Below, one piece after another: positions 8,410 through 18,478 of a stretch of 50,368 nucleotides of DNA (positions within the stretch are counted from its first letter, which is position 1; each line of letters begins with the position of its first letter). A program made the position numbers and the translations under genes. The notes beneath the pieces are model-generated. The model saw only the letters and a list, made by a program, of their open reading frames with translations. It did not search any database and was not told the DNA's origin. Source of the stretch: Ferruginibacter sp. (lineage in GTDB: Bacteria > Bacteroidota > Bacteroidia > Chitinophagales > Chitinophagaceae); assembly GCA_030831725.1 (NCBI GenBank), contig JAURKN010000112.1:1-50368 (forward strand). The letters are read 5' to 3'.

Positions 8410-9921
8410 TTGAGCGGAATAAAAAAACTGGCCGGACAAACGCTATGGTATGGCTTGCCTACCATTGCCAGCAGGTTTTTGGGGTATCTGATGAATATGG
8501 CTCTACCGTTTTTCATCGAATTGCCCGAAAAAACAGCAGACCTTGTTCAGGTGTATACCCTCATTCCTTTTCTCAATGTGATTTTCGCATACGGTATGGA
8601 AACTGCATACTTCCGATTCTCGCAGCAGACCGAACGAGATAAACTATACAACACCCTGTTTATCTCCCTTTTTTCCAGTACACTTTTATTTAGCGCAGTT
8701 TTATGGTTGATGCAGCCCTGGATTGTATCAGCGGCAGATTTGACGGCGCATCCTGAATATGTATGGTGGATGATCGCCATTATCGCAACAGACAATCTGA
8801 ATACATTGCCTTTTGCCAGACTTCGCCAGGAAAACCGACCCAAAAAATATGCCTTCGTTCGAATCAGCGGTATTCTCATCAATTTGACTTTGGTCATTTT
8901 TTTCCTGGGATTCGCTCCAAAAATAGCTGCGTCACAAAACAACAACTGGCTTTCGTCATGGTATGATCCGAATTTTGGATTGGGATATTATCTCGTTGGA
9001 AATTTTGTCGGAAGTGCATTAACTATGTTATTGCTTTTCGGAGAATGGAAAAATGTAAAACTGAAATTCAGTTTCTCTTTATGGAAAGAGGTGATGAAAT
9101 ATAGTTCACCACTGATCATCGTTGGATTAGGTGGAATGGTCAATGATGTACTCAGCAGAATGATCTACAGACATGTGGTGGATCTGCCGATGGAACAAGC
9201 CAACCATGAGCTTGGTGTATTTGCGAATATTTTTCGTTTAGCCCTTCTCGTTACCATCATGATACAGGCCTTTCGTATGGCGGCCGAACCTTTTTTCTTC
9301 AACCGAAGCAAGGACGAGGATGCAAAGAAAACATACGCTAGAATCATGAAATTCTTTGTGATTGCTTGTTGCTTCCTCTTTCTCTTCATCTCTCTTTTTC
9401 TGGATGTGTTCCGCTGGATCTTTATTCACCTCGCCAATGAAAGATGGGCGGAAGGACTGGAAGTGGTTCCCTTGCTTACCATGGGAAACATTTTTTTGGG
9501 CATCTATTACAACCTGAGTATTTGGTACAAGCTCACAAATAAAAACAGCTACGGAGCAATCATCACATTATTAGGAGCAGCCATAACCATTGGATTGAAC
9601 ATCTGGCTGATTCCGATGCTGCATTACACAGGCGCAGCCCTTGCCACTGCTATTTGCTATTTTTTCATGATGATTGCCAGCTACAAATGGGGCAAGAAAC
9701 ATTATCCCATTCCATACCCGATAAAAAAACTGACTTCTTATTTGGTTCTTAGCGTATTGCTTTATCTGGCCCACTTCGCTTTACGCACCTGGATTCCTCA
9801 ATTCTGGTTCTCCATTGCAACGGCTTTCTTCTTCTTATATCTTTTTACCCGATTGGTGTTGAAAGTGGAAGAACAAGAACTGATGAAATTGCCGTTTTTA
9901 AGGCGATGGTATTCCAAGTAA
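8410..9921 (+). CDS. Oligosaccharide flippase / polysaccharide biosynthesis (MOP superfamily) membrane protein
   Basis: Multi-TM, 503 aa; IKKLAGQTLWYG, YGMETAYFRF, AFRMAAEPFFF, NLSIWYKL. Confidence 0.85.
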   Translation: MSGIKKLAGQTLWYGLPTIASRFLGYLMNMALPFFIELPEKTADLVQVYTLIPFLNVIFAYGMETAYFRFSQQTERDKLYNTLFISLFSSTLLFSAVLWLMQPWIVSAADLTAHPEYVWWMIAIIATDNLNTLPFARLRQENRPKKYAFVRISGILINLTLVIFFLGFAPKIAASQNNNWLSSWYDPNFGLGYYLVGNFVGSALTMLLLFGEWKNVKLKFSFSLWKEVMKYSSPLIIVGLGGMVNDVLSRMIYRHVVDLPMEQANHELGVFANIFRLALLVTIMIQAFRMAAEPFFFNRSKDEDAKKTYARIMKFFVIACCFLFLFISLFLDVFRWIFIHLANERWAEGLEVVPLLTMGNIFLGIYYNLSIWYKLTNKNSYGAIITLLGAAITIGLNIWLIPMLHYTGAALATAICYFFMMIASYKWGKKHYPIPYPIKKLTSYLVLSVLLYLAHFALRTWIPQFWFSIATAFFFLYLFTRLVLKVEEQELMKLPFLRRWYSK

Positions 9922-10009
9922 CATTTAAAATCGATTAAATTTTAAAAGGATAAGAGGTTATAGCAATAAATCTTTTCCAAAGGAGTACTTTGTTGATATT
10001 TTCAAGCAT

Positions 10010-10040
10010 AAAAAAAGGGCCAAGATAAAAATCTAGCCCC
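10010..10040 (-). terminator. Intrinsic terminator of candidate sRNA copy 2; may also end icmF transcripts
   Basis: GC-rich stem followed by a U-run on the minus strand. Confidence 0.75.
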
Positions 10041-10071
10041 GCTTTAAAATCCAATATCCTATGAAAAACCG
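10010..10071 (-). ncRNA. Candidate small RNA, copy 2 of a paralogous pair
   Basis: Minus strand reads TATCTTCA (-7-like, 10082-10075), then the same 5' region as copy 1, hairpin GGGGCTAGAT-TTTT-ATCTTGGCCCT and a T-run. Ends are approximate. Confidence 0.7.
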
Positions 10072-10177
10072 AAGTGAAGATAAGTTGGTTTTCTGGTTCA
10101 GTTCGTTTCAAGTTTGGTCAATTGACATTCGTGTCGTTTGACCAATATATGAGCATATATGTTCCCTTTTGGAACAA

Positions 10178-13100
10178 TTACATGTTTCTACGATATTGAC
10201 CTCCTACTTGATACAAAGCTTGCGTGATTTGACCCAAACTGCAGTATTTCACAGTTTCCATCAGTTCTTCAAATATGTTACCGTTGTCTACCGCCACTTG
10301 CTGCAGTCTCCGTAGCATGGCTGCGGAATGCTCCTGATGTCTTTGCTTGAAGGCTTCCAAAGTGGCGATCTGGGCTTCTTTCTCTTCTTTCGTAGATCGT
10401 ATCACTTCCGAAGGAATGATGGTCGGTGATCCTTTTTTGCTTAAAAATGTATTCACCCCAACAATCGGATATTCGCCGGTATGCTTAAGGGTTTCATAAT
10501 GCAGACTCTCTTCCTGGATCTTGTTACGCTGATACATTCTTTCCATCGCACCCAACACCCCACCGCGCTCCGTGATGCGGTTGAACTCGGTCATTACCGC
10601 CTCTTCCACCAGATCCGTCAATTCCTCGATCAGGAATGAACCTTGGTTCGGGTTCTCGTTTTTAGCCGTGCCAAGCTCTCTGTTGATGATCAACTGTATG
10701 GCCATCGCCCTGCGTACACTCTCCTCCGTAGGTGTCGTGATGGCTTCATCATATGCATTCGTATGCAGCGAATTGCAATTATCGTAAATGGCATATAAGG
10801 CCTGCAAGGTTGTTCTGATATCATTGAAGTCGATCTCCTGGGCATGCAGACTCCTGCCGCTGGTTTGGATATGATACTTCAATTTTTGACTTCTAGAATT
10901 GCCTTTGTATTTGAGCTTCATGGCTTTCGCCCAGATTCTTCTGGCAACCCTTCCGATGACGCTGTATTCAGGATCCATGCCATTACTGAAAAAGAAAGAC
11001 AAATTCGGAGCGAAATCATTTATGTTCATACCCCTGCTCAAATAATACTCCACATATGTAAATCCATTGGCTAGCGTAAAGGCAAGTTGTGTGATCGGAT
11101 TGGCACCTGCTTCCGCAATGTGATAACCACTGATGCTCACACTGTAAAAATTCTGCACGTTCTGGTTGATGAAATATTGTTGAACATCCCCCATCAGTTT
11201 CAAGGCGAATTCAGTGGAGAAAATACAAGTGTTTTGAGCCTGGTCTTCTTTCAATATATCTGCCTGAACCGTACCTCTTACGGTGCTAAGTGCTTTGGCT
11301 TTAATCTGTTGATACACCTCGGCCGGTAAAACATCCGCTCCGCTGAGTCCGAGCAAACGCAAGCCGAGCCCGTCATTACCCTCAGGCAAAACACCTTCAA
11401 GGTTGCCTTTCCATGGCTTGACCATTTGTGCGTCAGCTCCGATGTATTTGGGCAGTTGATCCAGATTGTATTTGGCTTCAATCAGCGCATTTACGTTATC
11501 ACGAAGATTGTTTTCCAAAATATATTTTTCACACTGCTGGTCGATTGCCGCATTCATGAAAAAGGCAAGGATGATCGGAGCCGGACCATTGATGGTCATG
11601 CTCACCGAAGTTTTAGGATCACAAAGATCAAATCCGCTGTATAGTTTTTTTGCATCATCCACGGTGGCGATGCTTACACCACTGTTGCCGATTTTGCCGT
11701 AAATATCCGGACGCCACGCAGGATCTTCGCCATACAAAGTAACGCTATCAAATGCGGTACTGAGGCGCTTCGCAGGCTGTCCCTGGCTTACATAGTGAAA
11801 TCTTCTGTTTGTTCTTTCCGGTCCGCCTTCTCCGGCAAACATACGAGTGGGATCTTCTCCTTCACGCTTCAAAGGAAACACACCTGCGGTGAATGGAAAT
11901 TCTCCGGGAACGTTCTCCTGCATCTGCCAGGTCAACAAATCGCCCCAGTCTTTGAATTTGGGAAGATAAACTTTTGAAAGTCTTGTTCCGGATAGGGTTT
12001 GATGCGTCAAAGGTTGCTTGATGGTTTTATCACGTACCACAAATTCATAATGATCTGCCGCATATTTCTCCTTCAATTTTTCCCATCCCGTAATCATGCT
12101 TTTAGATTCGTTGGAAATGGATTGCGTGATTTCTTCCGTCTTGTTTTTCAATTCTTGTTGTAACTCGGAAGAGACATTTTGCAGACTGTTGATAACGCCG
12201 TTCAGTTGGTACCAGCGGGATGCCAGTTCTGACTGTTCTTTCACCCACTGATTATACTGTTTCGCAGTCTCCGAGATTTCCGCCAGGTATCTGACACGGG
12301 AAGGAGGAATGACAGTTGAGTTTTGTCCCGACTTCAGCATGGATTCGTCCGAAGCGGATAGTATGGAAAATGAATCCGGAAATTTGCTGTTGATTTTTTG
12401 CATCAGGATGTCGAAAAGCGTATTCACTCCCGCATCGTTGAATTGAGCGGCGATGGTACCTACCACAGGAAGATTCTCATCTTTCGCATCCCACAAACCA
12501 TGGTTTCTTATGTACTGTTTACGAACATCATGCAAGGCATCCAATGCCCCTGCCTTATCGAATTTGTTCAGGCAAATGACATCGGCATAATCAAGCATGT
12601 TGATTTTTTCGAGCTGAGAAGGTGCACCATACTCAGGGGTCATAACGTACATGCTTACCTGACAATAGTCAAGAATGGAAGCATCGCTTTGTCCCACACC
12701 CGCACTTTCCAGAATGATGAGATCGAAGGCTTCCGCTTTGCAGATGTCGAGGGCATCTTGAACATATTTGCTGAGGGCTTTGTCGCTTTCACGGGTTGCC
12801 AGACTGCGCATGTAAGCTCGTGAAGAAGAGATGGCGTTCATGCGAATTCTGTCGCCCAGCAAGGCACCGCCGGTTTTTTTCTTGGAGGGATCTACGGAGA
12901 TGACGGCGATGGTTTTATCTTCAAATCGGTTCAGAAATCTTCTTACGATTTCATCGGTTACCGAAGATTTTCCGGCTCCGCCTGTTCCGGTTATGCCCAG
13001 CACGGGTACTATGACTTGTTCATTTTTTGTTGTACCAACGAAGCTGGCGTTTTCGGCAAGGGTGATTTGACGTGCTATTTTTCGGATGTCTTTCTTTTCA

Positions 13101-13567
13101 TCAATCGACATAGATCCGTTTCCGACCGGAAGTTCAATCAGCGAATAATCACACTGACGAACCACATCTTCAATCATTCCTTCCAATCCCATGGTTCTGC
13201 CGTCATCGGGAGAATAGATGCGACTGATGCCGTATGCGTGCAATTCTTCTATTTCGGTAGGAAGAATGGTTCCACCACCGCCTCCAAAAATTTTAATGTG
13301 TCCACATCCACTTTCTTCCAACAAATCTTTCATGTATTTGAAAAACTCCACGTGACCACCTTGATAACTCGTGATCGCTATTCCCTGTACATCTTCCTCG
13401 ATGGCGCACTCAACGATATCAGCCACACTGCGGTTATGTCCGAGGTGAATGATTTCCGCGCCCTTGCTCTGAAGGATCCTGCGCATGATATTGATGGCCG
13501 CATCATGACCATCGAATAAAGCAGCAGCGGTTACAATTCTGACTTTGTTTTGGGTTGAAAAAAACAT
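10178..13567 (-). CDS. icmF: Fused isobutyryl-CoA mutase (B12-binding domain + MeaB-like GTPase + mutase)
   Basis: [10 protein letters not shown]12 motif, [53 protein letters not shown]. Start placed at MFFSTQN. Confidence 0.95.
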   Translation of the reverse strand: MFFSTQNKVRIVTAAALFDGHDAAINIMRRILQSKGAEIIHLGHNRSVADIVECAIEEDVQGIAITSYQGGHVEFFKYMKDLLEESGCGHIKIFGGGGGTILPTEIEELHAYGISRIYSPDDGRTMGLEGMIEDVVRQCDYSLIELPVGNGSMSIDEKKDIRKIARQITLAENASFVGTTKNEQVIVPVLGITGTGGAGKSSVTDEIVRRFLNRFEDKTIAVISVDPSKKKTGGALLGDRIRMNAISSSRAYMRSLATRESDKALSKYVQDALDICKAEAFDLIILESAGVGQSDASILDYCQVSMYVMTPEYGAPSQLEKINMLDYADVICLNKFDKAGALDALHDVRKQYIRNHGLWDAKDENLPVVGTIAAQFNDAGVNTLFDILMQKINSKFPDSFSILSASDESMLKSGQNSTVIPPSRVRYLAEISETAKQYNQWVKEQSELASRWYQLNGVINSLQNVSSELQQELKNKTEEITQSISNESKSMITGWEKLKEKYAADHYEFVVRDKTIKQPLTHQTLSGTRLSKVYLPKFKDWGDLLTWQMQENVPGEFPFTAGVFPLKREGEDPTRMFAGEGGPERTNRRFHYVSQGQPAKRLSTAFDSVTLYGEDPAWRPDIYGKIGNSGVSIATVDDAKKLYSGFDLCDPKTSVSMTINGPAPIILAFFMNAAIDQQCEKYILENNLRDNVNALIEAKYNLDQLPKYIGADAQMVKPWKGNLEGVLPEGNDGLGLRLLGLSGADVLPAEVYQQIKAKALSTVRGTVQADILKEDQAQNTCIFSTEFALKLMGDVQQYFINQNVQNFYSVSISGYHIAEAGANPITQLAFTLANGFTYVEYYLSRGMNINDFAPNLSFFFSNGMDPEYSVIGRVARRIWAKAMKLKYKGNSRSQKLKYHIQTSGRSLHAQEIDFNDIRTTLQALYAIYDNCNSLHTNAYDEAITTPTEESVRRAMAIQLIINRELGTAKNENPNQGSFLIEELTDLVEEAVMTEFNRITERGGVLGAMERMYQRNKIQEESLHYETLKHTGEYPIVGVNTFLSKKGSPTIIPSEVIRSTKEEKEAQIATLEAFKQRHQEHSAAMLRRLQQVAVDNGNIFEELMETVKYCSLGQITQALYQVGGQYRRNM

Positions 13568-13674
13568 ATGTTGATCTTTACGTGAAGCGATATTGATACG
13601 AAGCCCAAACTGCATTGGGTTAACGCCGCAAATTTACAGCATAAAAGGTCTAAAAAGTCCGATTTTACCTTGAA

Positions 13675-14427
13675 TCAACGCATACGATGTGTCAATGCTG
13701 CAAACTGCTGGATGGTCAGTTGTTCGGCTCTTTTGTTGAAGAGTTCATCTTGCAACACTTCCGGTTCAAACATTCCCTTTACTGCGTTGCGTAACGTTTT
13801 TCGCCTTTGATTGAATGCCATCTTCACCAAACGGGCGAAAGCGGCCTCTGTTGTGTAAGGTAGGGCTTCTGATTTACGGCTCAATTCAATCACACCGCTC
13901 ATTACTTTCGGAGGAGGATTGAAGCATTCCGGTGGCACATCAAACAAATATTTCACATCGTAGAAAGCCTGAATCAGCACACTCAGCACGCCGTAGGTTT
14001 TGGATCCGCTTTTTGCTGCGGCGCGTTCTGCCACTTCTTTTTGAAACATGCCGATCACAACAGGCACCTGTTCCTTCCAATCCACAATTTTAAACAGGAT
14101 CTGCGTGGAGATGTTGTACGGGAAATTTCCTATCACAGTGAAACTGCCGGAGAAGGGTGGCTCGATGTTCAAAAAATCAGCCGATATGATTTTATCGTTC
14201 AACACCGAATGTTTTTGCTTCAGATAGGTGATTTTTTCTTCATCCAATTCCACCGCCTTAAAGTCGATTTCTGAAATTTTTATCAGGTGTTCCGTCAAAG
14301 CTCCCGCACCAGGTCCTACTTCCAACAATTGCTCGAAGGAATGTATTTTCAGGGCATCCAGAATCTTACCAATCATCTCTTTGTCTTTCAAAAAATGCTG
14401 ACCCAGGGATTTCTTCAGTGTGTACAT
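13675..14427 (-). CDS. rsmA: 16S rRNA m6,2A dimethyltransferase
   Basis: KKSLGQHFL, LEVGPGAGALT, GNFPYNIS, FNPPPKV, FNQRRKTLRN. Confidence 0.97.
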   Translation of the reverse strand: MYTLKKSLGQHFLKDKEMIGKILDALKIHSFEQLLEVGPGAGALTEHLIKISEIDFKAVELDEEKITYLKQKHSVLNDKIISADFLNIEPPFSGSFTVIGNFPYNISTQILFKIVDWKEQVPVVIGMFQKEVAERAAAKSGSKTYGVLSVLIQAFYDVKYLFDVPPECFNPPPKVMSGVIELSRKSEALPYTTEAAFARLVKMAFNQRRKTLRNAVKGMFEPEVLQDELFNKRAEQLTIQQFAALTHRMR

Positions 14428-14550
14428 GTTCCAAAGGTAAGCGTAATGCCTGATGCATTTTATGGGGATGCTCCATCAAACGAATGGAATACGCAAATCA
14501 GGGTCCTACTTGCTCAAATAATCGTACTTTTACAACTCAATTGAATAGGA

Positions 14551-15648
14551 ATGAGTGCGAATCATGAAAATAAACCGGTTATTGGTTTCAGTTGCGGAGA
14601 TCTCAACGGAATTGGACTGGAAACCATCATAAAGACGCTGAGCGACAGCAGAATCCTGGAATACTGCACGCCTGTCATCTTTGCCAACAACAAAGTCGTT
14701 CATTTTTACCGGAAAACACTCCCGGAAATGAACATGCAACTTTCTGCGGTGAAGGATAAGGATTTGTCTAAAATCAATCATAAACAAATCAATATTTTCC
14801 CTTGTTGGGAAGAAGACGTGAATATCACACCCGGCGAACTCACTGATGAAGCAGGAAAATATGCGGTAATCAGTTTACGAACGGCAGCTGATGCGCTGAA
14901 AGCAGGAAAGATTGACGGACTCGTTACTGCGCCTATCCACAAGAAAAACATACAATCAGATTCGTTCAATTATTCCGGGCATACCCCATTTTTGAAAAAG
15001 CATTTCGGAGTGGCCGATGTATGTATGTTGATGGTGGCTGACAATATGAAAATCGGTTTGCTCACAGAGCATCTGCCAGTGAAAGATGTATCCTCCTTCA
15101 TCACTAAGGCGAACATCATCAGCAAGCTCAACCTCATGGCACAGAGTCTGAAAAAAGACTTTGATGTTTCAAAGCCTAAAATCGCCATTCTCGGTTTGAA
15201 TCCACATGCCGGCGATGAAGGACTGATTGGAAAAGAGGAAATAGAAGTCATAAAGCCAGCCATACAAGAAGCGAAGCAAAAAGGAATGCTGTGTTTCGGA
15301 CCCTACAGTGCGGATGCGTTTTTTGCAAGAGGCCAATATGAAAATTTTGATGCAGTACTCGCTTTATATCACGACCAGGGATTGATTCCATTCAAATCGC
15401 TTTCTTTGGGAGAAGGGGTGAACTTTACGGCCGGACTTAGTGGCGTGAGAACATCACCGGACCATGGAACCGCATTTGATATTGCCGGAAAAGGAATCGC
15501 AGATGAAACATCAACCCGAAAAGCTTTATTCACTTGCATCGACATCATTCATGCGCGAAATGAATTTTCGGATCAACGAAGAAACCCACTTCGTAAAATG
15601 AGTCGACATGTGGTTGCGAATTCGGTGGATGAACGTTTGTCCGATTGA
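14551..15648 (+). CDS. pdxA: 4-hydroxythreonine-4-phosphate dehydrogenase
   Basis: GDLNGIGLE, VTAPIHK, GHT, LNPHAGD, YHDQGLIPFK, RTSPDHGTAFDIAG. Confidence 0.96.
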   Translation: MSANHENKPVIGFSCGDLNGIGLETIIKTLSDSRILEYCTPVIFANNKVVHFYRKTLPEMNMQLSAVKDKDLSKINHKQINIFPCWEEDVNITPGELTDEAGKYAVISLRTAADALKAGKIDGLVTAPIHKKNIQSDSFNYSGHTPFLKKHFGVADVCMLMVADNMKIGLLTEHLPVKDVSSFITKANIISKLNLMAQSLKKDFDVSKPKIAILGLNPHAGDEGLIGKEEIEVIKPAIQEAKQKGMLCFGPYSADAFFARGQYENFDAVLALYHDQGLIPFKSLSLGEGVNFTAGLSGVRTSPDHGTAFDIAGKGIADETSTRKALFTCIDIIHARNEFSDQRRNPLRKMSRHVVANSVDERLSD

Positions 15649-15650
15649 TC

Positions 15651-16346
15651 TTATTTAAACATCAGGTCTGAAACCCCTTTGTTCAGTTTATAACTGCTGA
15701 TGCTGATTTCAGCTGTTCCTTTCGAAGGATTTTTCTTTGTGACTTTCCCATTTTTACCATCATCGAAATCAAACGTGATTCCTTTCGGTAGTTTGTAATC
15801 TTTTGTGTGAAAACTAAAATTGATTTTGTCCGGCAGAGCCATCTTGATGTATTTTCCGTATTTCATCTCCAATTCAAAACTTCCATTTTCTTTGGTTGTG
15901 GTTTTGCTTTTCAGTATGACAAGATTTGTTGGATCGATGTATAAGGTTGACAAAACGATTTCATCTTCATCGCTCAGGGGGAACAATTTGACAACGCGGG
16001 TTGCGACACCATTCAGAGTCTCCTTGCCTGCATCAATGATGGTATAATTTTCGTTCTGTACCAGTTGATTCATATTGATATTGACAGCCCCTTTGGGTAG
16101 AAAAGAGAAACCGCTGGCATTTTTCAATCTGAGTTTGTTAGGCTTTTTATAATACATGGTGATTTTGGAAACGGGAATTTTCAAAAAACTCACATTGGTT
16201 TTCATGGTTCCCTCCGCTTCGTAGTCCACCACCTGGTCCAATCTCTCCCTCACTTGTTTGATCAGCTGCTCCGCAGGCTGCGCTTGTAAACGTGAAGAGA
16301 GAAATGAAAGTCCGATAAGGATGAAGATTATATGTTTCAATTTCAT
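15651..16346 (-). CDS. Exported LolA-like (lipoprotein carrier fold) protein
   Basis: Signal peptide (..LQAQ), YYKKPNKLRL, beta-rich pattern resembling LolA-like proteins. Fold is inferred. Confidence 0.6.
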   Translation of the reverse strand: MKLKHIIFILIGLSFLSSRLQAQPAEQLIKQVRERLDQVVDYEAEGTMKTNVSFLKIPVSKITMYYKKPNKLRLKNASGFSFLPKGAVNINMNQLVQNENYTIIDAGKETLNGVATRVVKLFPLSDEDEIVLSTLYIDPTNLVILKSKTTTKENGSFELEMKYGKYIKMALPDKINFSFHTKDYKLPKGITFDFDDGKNGKVTKKNPSKGTAEISISSYKLNKGVSDLMFK

Positions 16347-16358
16347 GGTGATTTTTTG

Positions 16359-17252
16359 TTAGGATAAAATGTCTTTTCTCCTAAAGGTGAATTGTGCCCA
16401 TCCAAAAAACAGAACGATGTGCGCCAATAGAATTGTAATGCTGTTTCGGATGGATGCCCAGTTTTCCACGCTGCCTTTGATGGGCATGCCTTCCGCATCG
16501 GTGCCGATGTAGAAGAACCCTTTCCAGCCGACCATATATGTGGTAAAGAGCCAGGGTTTTACATTTTTATCAATCACCGGAACATTGATGTTTGATACGA
16601 TGGTCAGAAAAACGACAATGCAGACTGTAGCCACAATTGGACCAATAGAGTTTTCCGCATACACCGAGAGTAAGATGGAAAGAGATGCGATGACCATCAG
16701 TGCGATGGCTGCGTAAGCGAATGCCGCGACATACCTCCAAAGCACGTCATCGGCAGCAATTTGTAAAATCTGAGACTCATCCCCCTTGACTCGGAAAATC
16801 AACATGTCGTCTATGCCGAATATCCATGTGCTGACCAATAGAGATAAGAAAGCCATCCAAATCAGTAGGACAATCGTAAAGATGGCGGCCGCCATGAATT
16901 TGGCCCAAAGAAGTTCACTTCGACTAACCGGTCGGGTAAGTATCAACCTCAACGTTCCCATATTCGCTTCACCTGAAATGGAATCTCCCGCAACCAGTGC
17001 GACAAGTATAGGAACCTGAACAAGCAAGGTGTTCAAGATGAGATAACACATGAAATACCCGTTAATCGCAAGATTCTTATCCAACTCGAAATTGTCTTGA
17101 ATATTCTGGAGCATCAGATCCATATAACTCTGCCCATCCGCCTTGAAAGCGAATTGAAAAATGAGAACAATGGCGGCAATGGCGGCGAAAGCAATGTAGG
17201 TTCTGGGCCTTTTTGCGATTTTGTATAATTCAATGTTTAACAATCCCCACAT
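16359..17252 (-). CDS. ABC-2 type transporter permease
   Basis: About 6 TM; GDSISGEANMGTLRLILTRPVSRSELLWAKF; C-terminal FRRKDI. Confidence 0.9.
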   Translation of the reverse strand: MWGLLNIELYKIAKRPRTYIAFAAIAAIVLIFQFAFKADGQSYMDLMLQNIQDNFELDKNLAINGYFMCYLILNTLLVQVPILVALVAGDSISGEANMGTLRLILTRPVSRSELLWAKFMAAAIFTIVLLIWMAFLSLLVSTWIFGIDDMLIFRVKGDESQILQIAADDVLWRYVAAFAYAAIALMVIASLSILLSVYAENSIGPIVATVCIVVFLTIVSNINVPVIDKNVKPWLFTTYMVGWKGFFYIGTDAEGMPIKGSVENWASIRNSITILLAHIVLFFGWAQFTFRRKDILS

Positions 17253-17253
17253 A

Positions 17254-18162
17254 TCAGTCGTTTTGAGTAAGTTGAATGAAATAATCTTCGAGCGAATGCT
17301 TTGGTTGTACCGACAATATGGAAATATCTTCAGACACCAAATGCTGTATCAGTTCAGGAACCCTGTTGCGATTCATGATCAGCCTGAAATGATCCTCCGC
17401 AAAAGTGAAAGAAACCATAGCTGTAAATCTTTCCAACACAGAAGATGTTTTTTCCGGATTGATGGTATTGAGTTTGACCAATGTTTGTGCCGGATCGAGG
17501 AGTTCAGATACTTTCCCCTCCACCACAGAGGATCCTTTATGAATGATGATCATTCTGTTTGCCACCATTTCAATCTCGTTGAGAAGGTGAGATGAAACAA
17601 CGATGGTTTTGCCATGGTCTTTGTTCAATGAGAGGATCAGGTTGCGCATGTCTGCGATTCCCTGGGGATCGAGACCATTTGTCGGTTCGTCGAGTATGAT
17701 GATTTTCGGATCATGTACCAATGAGACGGCGATGCCTAAACGCTGTTTCATACCTTGACTGAAACTGCCGACATTCGATTTTTTGCGATCAGCCAAACCG
17801 ACACGGTCCAAGTGAAACAGCACTTCTTTATCTGTCAGCTTCATGCCATTCATACGGGCGAATATGCGTAAGTTGTCTTCCGCAGACAGATACTTGTACA
17901 AATCCGGTTTTTCGATGATGGCGCCGATGCCTGAAAGTGTCTCTATTCTATGGTCGTGTAAGGATTTGCCCCAGTAGGCTACGGAGCCGTTGTCAGGAGA
18001 AATCAAAGACAGCAACATTCTAATGGTTGTTGATTTTCCTGCGCCATTTTGCCCGAGAAAACCATAAACATCTCCGCGGTTTACAGTAAAAGATAAATTA
18101 TTGACCGCTTGAAAATTCCGGTACGATTTATTGAGTTTTTCTGCCTTGATCGCCAATTCCAT
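17254..18162 (-). CDS. ABC transporter ATP-binding protein (BcrA/CcmA-like exporter)
   Basis: GQNGAGKST, FSQGMKQR, ILDEPTNGLDP, SSHLL. Confidence 0.95.
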   Translation of the reverse strand: MELAIKAEKLNKSYRNFQAVNNLSFTVNRGDVYGFLGQNGAGKSTTIRMLLSLISPDNGSVAYWGKSLHDHRIETLSGIGAIIEKPDLYKYLSAEDNLRIFARMNGMKLTDKEVLFHLDRVGLADRKKSNVGSFSQGMKQRLGIAVSLVHDPKIIILDEPTNGLDPQGIADMRNLILSLNKDHGKTIVVSSHLLNEIEMVANRMIIIHKGSSVVEGKVSELLDPAQTLVKLNTINPEKTSSVLERFTAMVSFTFAEDHFRLIMNRNRVPELIQHLVSEDISILSVQPKHSLEDYFIQLTQND

Positions 18163-18478
18163 ATGAATCTATAACGCCATCCGCTTCGCTTTGTTCAGCT
18201 TTTTTTAAAGATTCGATTGTCTCAAAAAAAGCCTGTAACGCAGTTTTTCCTTGTCTGGTGATCTGAAACGAGGTAGATGGATAATTGCCCTTGAAACGCT
18301 TACGTATATCCAGATATCCTGCTTTTTTCAATTTTAAAGCCTGCAGACTGAGATTTCCTGATGAAAATCCGGTATTTTTTAAGATCCTGATGAAATCCAC
18401 CTCTTTTTGGTGCATAAGCCGACTCATAAGCATCAAGCGGATCTCATGGAGGAATAATGGGTTTATTAAGGGTTTCAT
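18128..18478 (-). CDS. Winged-helix transcriptional regulator (HTH_34/MarR-like)
   Basis: RLMLMSRL..EVDF..TGFSSGNLSLQ..KLKKAGYL..KRFKGNYP.T...ITRQGK. Overlaps the ATPase start by 35 nt. Confidence 0.75.
   Translation of the reverse strand: MKPLINPLFLHEIRLMLMSRLMHQKEVDFIRILKNTGFSSGNLSLQALKLKKAGYLDIRKRFKGNYPSTSFQITRQGKTALQAFFETIESLKKAEQSEADGVIDSYGIGDQGRKTQ

Noticed and set aside
543-10073. The two 64-nt copies as direct repeats (att sites or IS ends) bounding a 9.5-kb island
   Set aside because: The enclosed genes include core functions (ruvB, rprY-like, GGGPS). There is no integrase or transposase, and the differences follow RNA-structure covariation.
13568-13674. Cobalamin riboswitch upstream of icmF
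   Set aside because: The region is only ~100 bp, and I could not find B12-box or other conserved riboswitch elements.
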